This document shows, piece by piece, positions 11,361-22,100 of a DNA stretch of 64,000 nt. Source of the stretch: Anolis carolinensis (taxonomy: Eukaryota). Made by a program: the position numbers and the translations under genes. Where the stretch lies: assembly GCF_035594765.1 (NCBI RefSeq), contig NC_085846.1, positions 10,093,190 to 10,157,189 on the forward strand, read 5' to 3'. Position 1 is the first letter of the stretch. Every line of letters starts with the position of its first letter. The notes beneath the pieces were generated by a model. That model was not told the origin of the DNA. It worked only from the letters and a program-made list of their open reading frames with translations, and did no database searches.

Positions 11361-11830
11361 TGAATGCAATGCTTCCCTCTAAAGGTGGACTTTTCTTAGT
11401 TTTCCTACAATGTTACTGCTAGTGTCAGTCTTACTAGAAAAAGCTGAGTTCCAAGATTCTGATGTCTTCTGGCTTACCAATAGCATATTCAACTGTTCAG
11501 GTTGTTGTAACTCTTGTCTGCTTTTAATATCTAATTTTATCTTTTAACAGAGTACTCGAGTATTTATCACCTTTTCAGATTTTCTTTGTTATGTCCTCTG
11601 GAAAAGCCACTGTGGCCTTGATGATGACTTGATTACAATGATTTCGATAATGAGAGGCAGAGAACTACTTCTGCGTTTTTGCTGGGTTTTTTTTTTGTCT
11701 CTTCAACAACTTGATAACTCAAACATGTTTTTAAGATTTCAACTTCTGATTCAAGGATGGAAACAGAAAATTAAGCAATCAATGTGGAATCTAGCAAATT
11801 CGTTAACAGAAATGCAAGTGATAGAATAGG
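11361..11830 (-). promoter_or_regulatory. Conserved 5' flank / candidate promoter-5'UTR block of V2R-1/2/3 (also ~25461-25925, ~50570-51025)
   Basis: Visibly better conserved among the paralogs than the introns; invariant core ttgattacaatgatttcgaTAATGAgaggcagagaactacttctg. Confidence 0.4.
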
Positions 11831-11832
11831 CA

Positions 11833-12782
11833 TGTATAACAGACACCACTCACTCTACACTCTTCACACACGCAAGCACCCTTATGTGAGAAGCGAGGGA
11901 TGTCAGTTTGATTTTAGATTTTCTTTTAAAATGGTAGCTGCCACCAACCTAAAATGTTTTTAGGATTTTTGTTTTTACATGTACTTCAGATAAATTTATC
12001 CCATTCCCTGCCCACACTGTTTAAACCCCCTTGCTCCCAAACTGATGTTTACTATGAGGCTTTTCTGTGGTATTTAATTGTTGTATTGCTGGAACTATTA
12101 TAAAGCCTTCTTAATAGAAAGATATACTGTTGAGGCTTTTGAAAATTGAAAATAGAATAAAAATTATTTTCTTAAAACAGGCAAATAATTACTTCAGAGA
12201 GGTATATAAGCGTAAACGGTTACAGAAGTTCTTCAGCTTAACTTAGTTGTATGTTTCAGATTACTTCACTTAGTTTCAAACAGTTCCAATCAAACCAAAC
12301 TATCTATTGGTCACAGAAACCCTCTCTCTATTTGCTGAGAATAGTCATGAGTTCAGCTAACCTAATCTAGATAGCCCCCTGGATTGTTAACTAACTCTAA
12401 CCTTGGGTCCTTTTATTAACCAGCCCAGTAGTGAGAGTCATTTTCTTGAATTATCTCCCCCCAAGAGATCCAAACTGCCTGACTTATCCTGTCAGTTTCA
12501 CAGCTCTCAGTTCTCTCACACACAACCAAAACTCCAAACTGCTCTTTCCTCTCCAAAACCCCAAACCAAACTGTCTTGGAGCTTTCCCCCCCCCCCCCTC
12601 TCCACTCTAAGACTTGGCTCCTCCCATCTGCTCTGGCCAATCCTAGGATTCTCTCTCTAAGCTCCTCCCTCTTTCTAACCACACTCAAGATGGCTGCCTG
12701 GCATTCCTCTACAAAATGGAGGCCTGCCTCACTCACTGTTACCCAGGCTTCATTCCCGGTCTAATAGGTAAGGTTCACTACA
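11833..12782 (-). mobile_element. Solo-LTR-like insertion upstream of V2R-1, copy B
   Basis: TG...CA termini; gca(t) duplicated; paralogs are empty (gaataggcatgccattg at ~51017). Confidence 0.7.
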
Positions 12783-12829
12783 GCATGCCATTGTTCTGAG
12801 ACAAGAGCCCACAATCCTAAATCCTCCTT

Positions 12830-12950
12830 ATTGTTGTGTGCCTACAACTTACGTCTGACTTATGGTGATCCTAAGGTGACGCTATAATGGGGTTTTCTTG
12901 GCAAGATTTGTTCCATAGGGGCTTGCCTTTGCCTTCCTTTGAGCCTCAGA
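12830..12950 (-). mobile_element. Old SINE 3' part with RTE-like tail, shared upstream of V2R-1/2/3; same family in + orientation at ~62800-62995
   Basis: ttgttgtgtgcct...ggttttcttggcaaga, the reverse complement of 62920-62995. Confidence 0.5.
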
Positions 12951-13023
12951 AAGTGTGACAAAGGCTGGATCTACACTTCTACATAATGCAGTTTGGAACT
13001 GCATTGTATGCTCAGTGTATACA

Positions 13024-13384
13024 CATGAGGAGTTTCCAAATTAAGGCCCACGGGCTGAATTCAGCCCTCCAAGGTCTTTATCTCCGACCTCACTGCTACT
13101 GCCACATGCGCATGCATGTATGTTTGGCATATGCATGTGTGAGTGGTGATGGCGGGTATGGAATCAGTATAAGTGACAGTGGCGGGTATGTGGTGACAAT
13201 ATTGGTGGCGACTGAGTGTTTGTGACAGTGGATAGAGGGCATGGCAGGCACATGTCGTATACACACATGTCCAACAAACGCATGCATGCACAATGCACAC
13301 ATCCACACACAATTAAAATCTGGCCTCACAACTGTCTGACAGTCCATGAAATGGTCCTCCACTTAAAAAGTTTGGGGACCCTTC
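13024..13384. mobile_element. Decayed hAT element shared upstream of V2R-1/2/3 (also from ~26106 and ~51221)
   Basis: ccaaattaaggccc left end; aaaagtttggggaccc right end; TG-rich interior. Confidence 0.6.
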
Positions 13385-13394
13385 ATGTAGACCC

Positions 13395-13985
13395 AATAAT
13401 AGTAATAATAGCAATAATAGTAATAATAAATATTATTTTATTTCTTATCCATTTCTCCTTCTGGCTTGAGTTGGGTTGCAACATAGTTAAAACTCATAAC
13501 CATTGTTAAGATCCTATAAATACATATATTAAATGTATGTCTATAAAAGATACATATTAAAACTTTCTATAAAGTACATGTTAAAATACACAGAACAAAG
13601 ATTAAAACAGGATACAAGCTTAAAATTCAGGATTAAAATTGGCTGGACAGGCTTGCCGGAAAGGATAGTTCTTTAGATGTTTTAAATTTCAACAGGTCAT
13701 TTAGCTGTTGGAGCTCTTCCGGGAGGTTGTTCCACAGTCTTGTGATGGTTGATGAAAAGTGATGGTTTTCAGTTTGTTTCTGGCTGTTTGGAGTAGACGT
13801 TGCCCAGAGGACCTAGGCATTAAGACTATGGGAGAAAGTGATCCTTTAGGAATCTGGACCCAAACCATGTATGGCCTTAAAGGTCAAAACCAACACCTTA
13901 TACTTTGCCCAGAAACTAATCGGCAGTCTGTGGAGTGACTTTAGTATGGGTTCAATATGCTCACTGAAAATATCTCCTGTCTCTA
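13395..13985 (-). mobile_element. L2 LINE 3' fragment (paralogous to 51485-52360)
   Basis: AT-rich tail plus decayed ORF2 C-terminus (ttccacag, ggccttaaaggtcaaaacc motifs). Confidence 0.7.
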
Positions 13986-14479
13986 GCCAATGTTTGGAAC
14001 AGATCTGGGAAATTTCAATATCTCACGACAACTTCAGCAAAAACGATCATATCATTATTTTTGTGGCTGAGAGTGGTTAACAACAGCAGCAGTATTTATT
14101 TGTTACCCACCTCTTCTTATGACTTCAGTTAGGGCACAACATAGTTAAATACATAAATACAACAGTAGACCATTAAAATACATATATTAAAAATAAAAAC
14201 AACCCAGATGAACAGAGAGTTTCTGAAGGGTGAAAAATGACCAGCAGGCAGAAATGTGAAACAGAGGTACTCTTCAAAAAGTTATCTTCATTAAAACCTG
14301 ATAAATGCGTTGTTTTTTGTCAATCTCATCGACTTCTCTGATTGTGCATGGACTTCTCTTCCAGGTTTTATGCCTTCTGAACTCCAGCTCCTCCTTTTGA
14401 ACAGCTTGGGTTGCTGGATGCAAATAAGAAAGATGCCAAGTGAAACTGCCTCAGATTTTAATGTGCCAAGAAAACGATT

Positions 14480-14750
14480 GTCATTTGACCGGTGTGTGCC
14501 CGAACAGGGGGTTATGCTTAATTTTTTAATGTAAGATGTAAATTAATTGGTAGGTTATGTCATTATTTATGTTATAATTTTGTTGTAGTTGTTGCTTCTT
14601 TTTGGATCTGATTGGTTTGTTTCTGTATTTGTAATTATGTATGCATTTGTCTTTGAATGCTTGCCATTTTTTTGTTGTAACCTGCCCTGGGTCCCCTCAG
14701 GGAGAGAGGGTGGAATACAAATTAATAATAATAATAATAATAATAATAAT
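14480..14750 (+). mobile_element. L2 3' tail with (TAA)n
   Basis: T-rich 3'UTR, ccctgggtcccctcagggagagagggtgg stem, then (taa)n. Confidence 0.6.
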
Positions 14751-14904
14751 CCTCTACCCTGGATAAAGGCAACCTGTTACTCCACCATTTTACCATACCC
14801 TACCTGAAGTATTTTAGATTTTTTGATGAGAGATACTCAAATTGTAATGGAATACTTAGTAGTATATTAAAATCCATTAATCTAAATATGTGAACAGAGT
14901 TGTT

Positions 14905-15085
14905 AGGTAAGAACTGTTTGTCAGTGGAATTCACTGCCCCAGAATGTAGTGGCTTCTCTTTATTTGGAGGTTTTAAAAAAGAGGCTGGATGGCCATCTGC
15001 TGGGAATGGTTAGATTGTGGGTTCCTGCAGAATAGGGTTGAAATGGGTGGTCTTCAGGGGTTTCTTCCAACTCTATGATCTACGA
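14905..15085 (+). mobile_element. Old CR1 3' fragment
   Basis: cagtggaattcactgccc...gaggctggatggccatctg...ttccaactctatgat resembles the 3' end of the young CR1 in this window. Confidence 0.75.
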
Positions 15086-15219
15086 CTTCAGAGAAGTCAC
15101 TAATGGGAATCTTTCCATGGAGTAGTCTAAGAAAGGATTGTGATATCTCATGCCAGAAATGTTTGAACATATGAAAAAAAAATACTTTGGAGCTAACAAC
15201 AGAGCAAGTAGGATGAATG

Positions 15220-16133
15220 TTAGATGTTAGAATTTTGTTTCCTTCTTATTAGCTGCTCCCTGTTGTTCAAATCGGACTTCAACAATATAATGTAGCATTT
15301 GGGGGAGAAAATGCAAACCAACAGTCCAGCCCCAGAAGACAAAATGGAAAAGACTTCCACGGCTACCATATATTTCCCTTTGGTGCTGAGGTAAGTTGGG
15401 ACAAAGGACACCCAAACACTGCAGAAGACCAACATGCTGAAGGTGATGAACTTGGCTTCATTGAAACTGTCAGGCAACTTCCTGGCCAGGAAAGCCACCG
15501 TGAAGCTGACGAAGGAAAGGAAGCCCATGTAGCTCAAGACGCAGTAGAACATGGTGACGGAGCCTTCGTTACACTCCACAACAATTTCCTCTGTGATCAA
15601 ATGTTTGTTGAAGTCTGGGAAGGGAGGGGAATACGCCAACCAAGCAGCACAAATGCCGACCTGAACAAGGGAACATCCCAAGACCACAGAATATGCCATT
15701 CTTTTCCCAATCCATTTGCGGAAAATGTTCCTTGACTGGGAACCCATGAAAGCCACAACCACGACCGTGGTTTTGGCCAGAACAGAAGACACCGCAATGG
15801 AGAAGATGATGCCAAATGCCATTTGACGTAGGAGGCAAGTCAAGTGATTGGGCTTTCCAATGAATAGCAAGGAGCTAAGGAAGCAAAGACACAGAGATGT
15901 GAGGAGTAAGTAGCTAAGGCCCCGGTTGTTGGCTTTGACGATGGGAGTGTGTCGTTGCTTAATGAAGATGGCAAGCACGAATGCCGTCAACACAGAAAGG
16001 AAAAGAGACAACGAAGCTAAAGTGAGGCCCAATGATTCCTCAATGGAAAGGAAAGTCTGAACTTTGGGAATACAATGGTCTCTCCCACGATTTGGATAGT
16101 CATCTTCTGGGCAGCTGATGCAATAGTCCCTGT
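15220..16133 (-). CDS. V2R-2 exon 6 (7TM)
   Basis: Paralog of 138..1051; ORF 15220..16032 extended to the AG acceptor at 16134-16135. Confidence 0.95.
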
Positions 16134-19100
16134 CTGTAGAAAGAAAAGATGTGAATGTTACCTTCCAGAGCTACAATGCCACTTGAGCTCCTGAGTAGCT
16201 GACAGTACTTTGGGTCTAAAAAAGGAAATGTGTTGATGTTGAAGCTATGAGAATAGTTTTGAAATGTAATTTCCGATAATCAGCTTTACTTTGATCTTTT
16301 TTTGTACCAAAACACATTTAATATTGAATGCAATAAAGATATGTCTTGTAATGAAAAAGGAACACATTTGAGCGTGGGAACAACATCCTGCGGCCGGCGG
16401 GGGTTGGCCAGAAAATAACCTAGGAAAATACAAACATCATTTGGAGATAGATGGATGGATGGATAGATAAATGAACTAATTTTGCTCAGAGTCTTCACTT
16501 TTCCTAAACGGAAGAAATCTAGGAACCAGTAGGGGTTGGCCAGAAAAGAATCTAGGAAAATACAAACACTATTTGGAGATAGATAGAGATAGGACTTGAT
16601 AGATTCATAGATAAATAGACAGATAGATGAACTATAGCAGTGAATGCTCCAACCACCCAACAAATTTACCCCTGTGAACCATTCCGTGATCACTGAATAT
16701 CTCCTATTGAAGCCTGGCAAGAACTCTCTGATGTCTCCAAGCATCATTTTGCTCAGTCTTCATTATTCCTAAACTGAAAAAATCTAGGGAGTGTACAATA
16801 AACATATGGCACAATCCTTTCAGTGCAATTCTCAAGGACTCTTGTCCACCAATTGCAGGCATGTATGTTTTGGACTGCCTCCTACCTGTCTGTTTTGCAA
16901 CCTTCCCTTCAGGACATGGAGCACAATCATAGCAACAGAAGGCCATCCCTTCCTTCTTTTTCTTGCTGTAGCCAGGAGAACACTTGGCATTACACAGAGA
17001 GGAAGGAGGCACCTATTCTTAAACAGAGACAATACATTAGCACTGAAAAGATATCAAGAAAAAGACTTCAGTTCATGTTCTTAGGTTTTCATGTTAGGGT
17101 TGACGTATTCAGTATTTGTTCTCTCTACATTCAACAAAATGGATCAAGATATGAGCATTTTTTTTAGATGTCGGGGTGTTTTTGAATATTATGACCTCAT
17201 CACAGAAGGCCCTGGCTCCAGGTAGGGCATTTCCGGGATGGAGCCAGGATGAATCTTGCTGGGGCCCATCATACAATACAGGGATACTTCTGGTGGGGCT
17301 CTATGTAGTCCAACTACATCCTGAAGGACACAACAATGAAAGTTGTTGTTTGAAGTGAGATTACATAACTGCACACAGTCTGGAATAAGTAGCATTCACT
17401 GGTTCTGCTTTCTGCAATAGGCTAGAATATGCACCCAGGTGGCATCCACATGACTCAGCCTCATCCAAAATTGGAAGTAAAACTGTCCTAATAACATATT
17501 TAATTTGGTTGCAATGAGTGTATTAGTTAGCACAGAGCATACTTAACAACATATGAGTCTCATCTGCAATAAATCAGCTTTCAATGTTTATACAAGCCCC
17601 CCTATTTCTGGAAGAAAGTTGAAACATTGACCTTCTCTTGTAAATGTATTCATTAACTGAGCAACTTGAGAAATGTCTACTGTTTTTTGCTAGTTATATT
17701 GGGTTCTCCCTCAAATGCCAATGTTATTAATAAGTAATAACTTGAATCCTTGAATCCAGCACAGGCTGTTTTCACAACACATGAGGACTTTTGGTGAGTA
17801 TTCTGGGTTTCCTGCTCTTAACCCAACTTTGTTCTTTTTAAGGCAAGGCTGAGGAATACATCTGGATTATCCTGGGGTTTTCTGGTTGCCTGGACCAGTT
17901 CAGTTTTAGACTGCTCAACTGTCTAAATTGATTCTGTTGGCATCACCCTTTCTCTGTGCTGATCATGCCTGTGTCGCTGCCACCGCTCCTTGTTGGCCAT
18001 GGAGCTACCTGGCCATTGTGATAATGTCTGCTGACATCAGAATGGAAGATCTATGCCACCAACAAAAAAGTGACATCAGTAGACATGAGAAGTGATGGCC
18101 AGGTGCCTGCAAGGACCTCTGTGGCTGACAAGTCATAGTGGTGCTGATACATGAATAAAGGCATCAGCTGGATCTGGAATACCTCCGACTAACCTGCCCT
18201 GTGTACATGCGACCTCCTAGCTCATGAGATTACAACAAAGTATATCATGTGAGAAGTCATTTCATTACCTGAACGAAACCTTTATGCCACTGGATTCTCT
18301 CCTCATTGATGGCGAACTCTTTGCCAGGAGGAGCATGTGGATCCAGGCTTCCCACCATGTTGCCAACATAGGAGTTGTTGGGGAAAGAGACTAAGTTTGT
18401 AATAGCAAACCCAGCTGCTAATTCTCCGTGTCCATTAAAAGTAACTTCATCTCCAGCATTATTGTTGAATGAAATCCTTTGAATCAAAGAGTGAAGCTAA
18501 GTGGAAAGAGAAAGCGATTCACACAACTCACATTAGAAGGGCTTTGGAGTCATTATGATAAATTTTGACGACTCTGTTTTTCTGTGGTCCCATTCTGAAG
18601 TGCAATGACAACTGCATTTCAGTAAACCACATTACCACAGCGTGGATTGTTAGCCTACTCAGACTGGTAGAACTTCAAATATATGTACTTGGTTAAGTAT
18701 AAAATATAAGTATAAAATGAGACATTTACAATACATAGTTAGAAAATAATAATGATAATAAAAATAATAATAAGGGTTACAACATTGCTAAAACACATAA
18801 TCAAAAGACATAATCATTTAAAAACACTCTATAGAATACACATATTAAAGCATATTTCCATAAAACACATATTAAAATATATTAAACAAAAGCTAGACAT
18901 AGAGTGGAAGTTTAAAATTCGTTATTAAAACTTTCTGGGTAGAACTGCCGGAAGAGATAGATTTTCACTTGTGTCTTGAATTCTGACAGCTGATTTAGCT
19001 GTTGGAGCCCTGCAGGCAGGTCATTCCACAGTTGTGGGGTGGCAGATGAAAAGGTCCTCTGGGTGATGGTTGTCATTCGGGTTCTAACAGGCTGGAGCAC

Positions 19101-22100
19101 ATGCCCCCCCGCTGACCTCAGTGTTTGGCACAGATTGTATGGTAGAAGGCAAACATGTAGATAACCTGGAACCAAAACATCTAGGGCTTTAAAGTTCAAT
19201 ACCAACACCATATACTTTGCCCGGAAACCCATTGATAGCCAGTGGGATGACTTTGGGATAGGTGTAATATGCTCATTCCTAGATGTTCCTGTAATCAGTC
19301 TGGCTGCTGTATTTTGAACCAACTGGAGTTTCCAAACTTGATGCAAGGGTAGCCCAAGGTAAAGTGCATTGCAGAAGTCCAACCTTGAGGTTACCAGCAA
19401 ATGCACTACCATCTTCAGGTCCTCCAAATCTAGGAAGAGGTGCAGCTGGTGTAGCAGCCGAAGCTGGTAGTAAGCACTCCTGACCGTCACATCTACCTGA
19501 GCTAACATTTGGAGAGATGGATCCAGGAGCACTCCCAAGCTGTGAATACAGCCTTTCAGGGGGAGTGTGTCCAGTTCCACATCAGAAACAGCCTTAGACA
19601 CAAGTGAAAGCAAATAAAAAAGGCTTTACTTCAGCTGAAATAAAGATAATGCAATTAGAGAAACAGAAAGTACACTCTTGACGATAATGCACAGTCTTCA
19701 AGCAAACGTAAAACAGAAGTCTTCACATCAGACAGCAAATAAAGTCTTTGATATACAGGCTTATGAGTTGCAAACGACAGGAGCCTTTAGAGATCCGATG
19801 CTGGACATGATGCTGGTAACAGACTGCTGCTGCTCAGTCGTTTAGTCATCTCCGACTCTTTGTGACCTCATGGACCTGGTAACAGACACTCCTCCAAAAA
19901 TGTCAGTTGCAGCCAGCACTGGTCCCTGACTTTGCTGCTAATTTATAGCCCCGAGTTTCCCAGCAGAGCTGACCCTAGGCCCTGGTCTGATTGCTCAGCA
20001 TTTTCTCTGCTAGCCTAGCTGATGTCCTTTTAACTTTTTTCTCCATTCGACATTCCAGAAAGGTAGGGATTTCTGATATGTCTGCCACCTCTCCTCCTCC
20101 TTCTTCACCACTTAACCCCAAATCCCCAAGTGCTGCTTCGTCAACCACCTGTCCTCCTTCTCCCTCAGAATCAGAAGAGCAATCCACAACAGAGTGTAAC
20201 CCCATCTAGAACTGGTTGATACACCTCCACCCCCAGATTAGGACCCTTGATAGCAAGCACTTCTGTTTTGTCTGGATTCAGTTTTCATGAATCAGTTTGT
20301 CTGGATTTGTTTTTCCTCATCCAACCCATTACCTTCTCCAGGCATTCATTCAGAGGAGACACACTATTCTTAGCTGAAGTTTTTGAAGGCATCGAGAAAT
20401 CAGCAAAATGATAACACCCTGCTCCATGCCTATGGATGAGCTCTCCCAGTGACTTCAAGTAAATATTATAGAGCATTGGGGATAGAAAGGCACCTTGTGA
20501 GACACCACATCATAGCTCCTTTTTTGAGGAGCAGCTATCCCAAGCACCACTATCTGGAACCTGCCTGAGAGGTATGACTAGAACCATTGCAGCACAGTGC
20601 CTCCAATTCCCAGCCCTCCAGGCTTTCCAGAAGGATACCATGGTTGATGGTATCAAAGGCCGCTGAGAGATGTAGAAGCACCAACAGGGACACGCTTCCC
20701 CTGTCGGTGTTGAGACGGAGATCATCCACTAAGGTGACCAGAACATTTTGCTATAATTTTTCAATGAATATAACAAACTCTCTACCAATTCAACATAGCT
20801 TGTGGCACTCACAAAAACAAAGTTTCTGGAGATTAACAACTACAGTAGAGTTTCACTTATCCAACATTCACTTATCCAACGTTCTGGATTATCCAATGCA
20901 TTTTTGTAGTCAATGTTTTCAATACATCATGATATTTTGGTGCTATATTTGTAAATACAGTAATTACTACATAGCATTACTGCGTATTGAACCTAATTTG
21001 ATGTTTAACAGGCTTTTCCTTAATGCCTCCTTATTATCCAACATATTTGCATATCCAATGTTCTGCTGGCCTGTTTATGTTGAATAAGTGAGACTCTACT
21101 GTACTTTCAAAGCACAATTAAACAGGTAATAACACTTTCAAACCAGGAATAGAACATTTTCCAATTTTGTTACATAGTGTTATCCTTAGTAAAGTTGAAG
21201 GCGACAGGAAAAGAAAATACAGTAGAGTCTCACTTATCCAAGCCTCGCTTATCCAAGCCTCTGGATAATCCAAGCCATTTTTGTAATCAATGTTTTCAAT
21301 ATATCGTGATATTTTGGTGCTAAATTTGTAAATACTGTAATTACTACATAGTATTACTGTGTATTGAACTACTTTTTCTGTCAAATTTGTTGTATAACAT
21401 GATGTTTTGGAGCTTACTTTGTAAAACCATAACCTAATTTGATGTTTAATAGGCTTTTCCGTAATCCCTCCTTATTATCCAACATATTCGCTTATCCAAG
21501 CTTTTGCCGGCCTGTTTAGCTTGGATAAGCTAAACAGGCCGGCAAAAGCTTGGATAAGTGAGACTCTACTGTATACAGTAAAGTTACGATATTGTGTTTG
21601 CAAGATTTGGAAAGGAATGGAAGATGTTGAAATAAGACAAGGGCACCAATTACACAGCCATATAATGGTCAGTGTAGACTCATATAATGAAGTTTATCTT
21701 CATTAAACTGTATTTTATGAGTCCATATTGATCATCCAATGCAGTTTCAAACTGTATTGTATGGCAGTGTAGATGGCCCCAAAATTATGCTGACGTCTTA
21801 GAGAACTTTGGAAGCAAATAAATTAATTACCACTACATATGGAACATTGGTTTTGATAACAGATTTTTTTCAGTAAGCTATTACCTTCCAAATCTGCAGG
21901 TGAGGGGCCAATATGCTTGGATTTTCCTTTGCTCTGGCATGAAGTCTTAGTTTAGATGAAGCCATGATATGGAAGGCATGCGCAAGAGCATACACAGCGT
22001 TATAGATGCTGTAGCTGTGGCCAGTCATTCTCATTTCAAAAAAGGGAGCCGGAAGGCTCTCTAGTTTCTCCTCCCTGGTGCAGGGTCCGAGGAATCCTGT

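Larger units (their letters stand above)
18745..20740 (-). mobile_element. L2 LINE, decayed RT/C-terminal part, interrupted by a solo LTR
   Basis: ORF 18912..19613 ([12 protein letters not shown]...[12 protein letters not shown]...LWNDLP); RT remnants 20200-20740. Confidence 0.85.

Noticed and set aside
16704-16885. Exon 5 ORF of V2R-2 reading 60 codons into intron 5 (possible secreted ectodomain isoform)
   Set aside because: The canonical donor is intact and the read-through is not conserved in V2R-1/3, which differ by an indel there; no transcript evidence.
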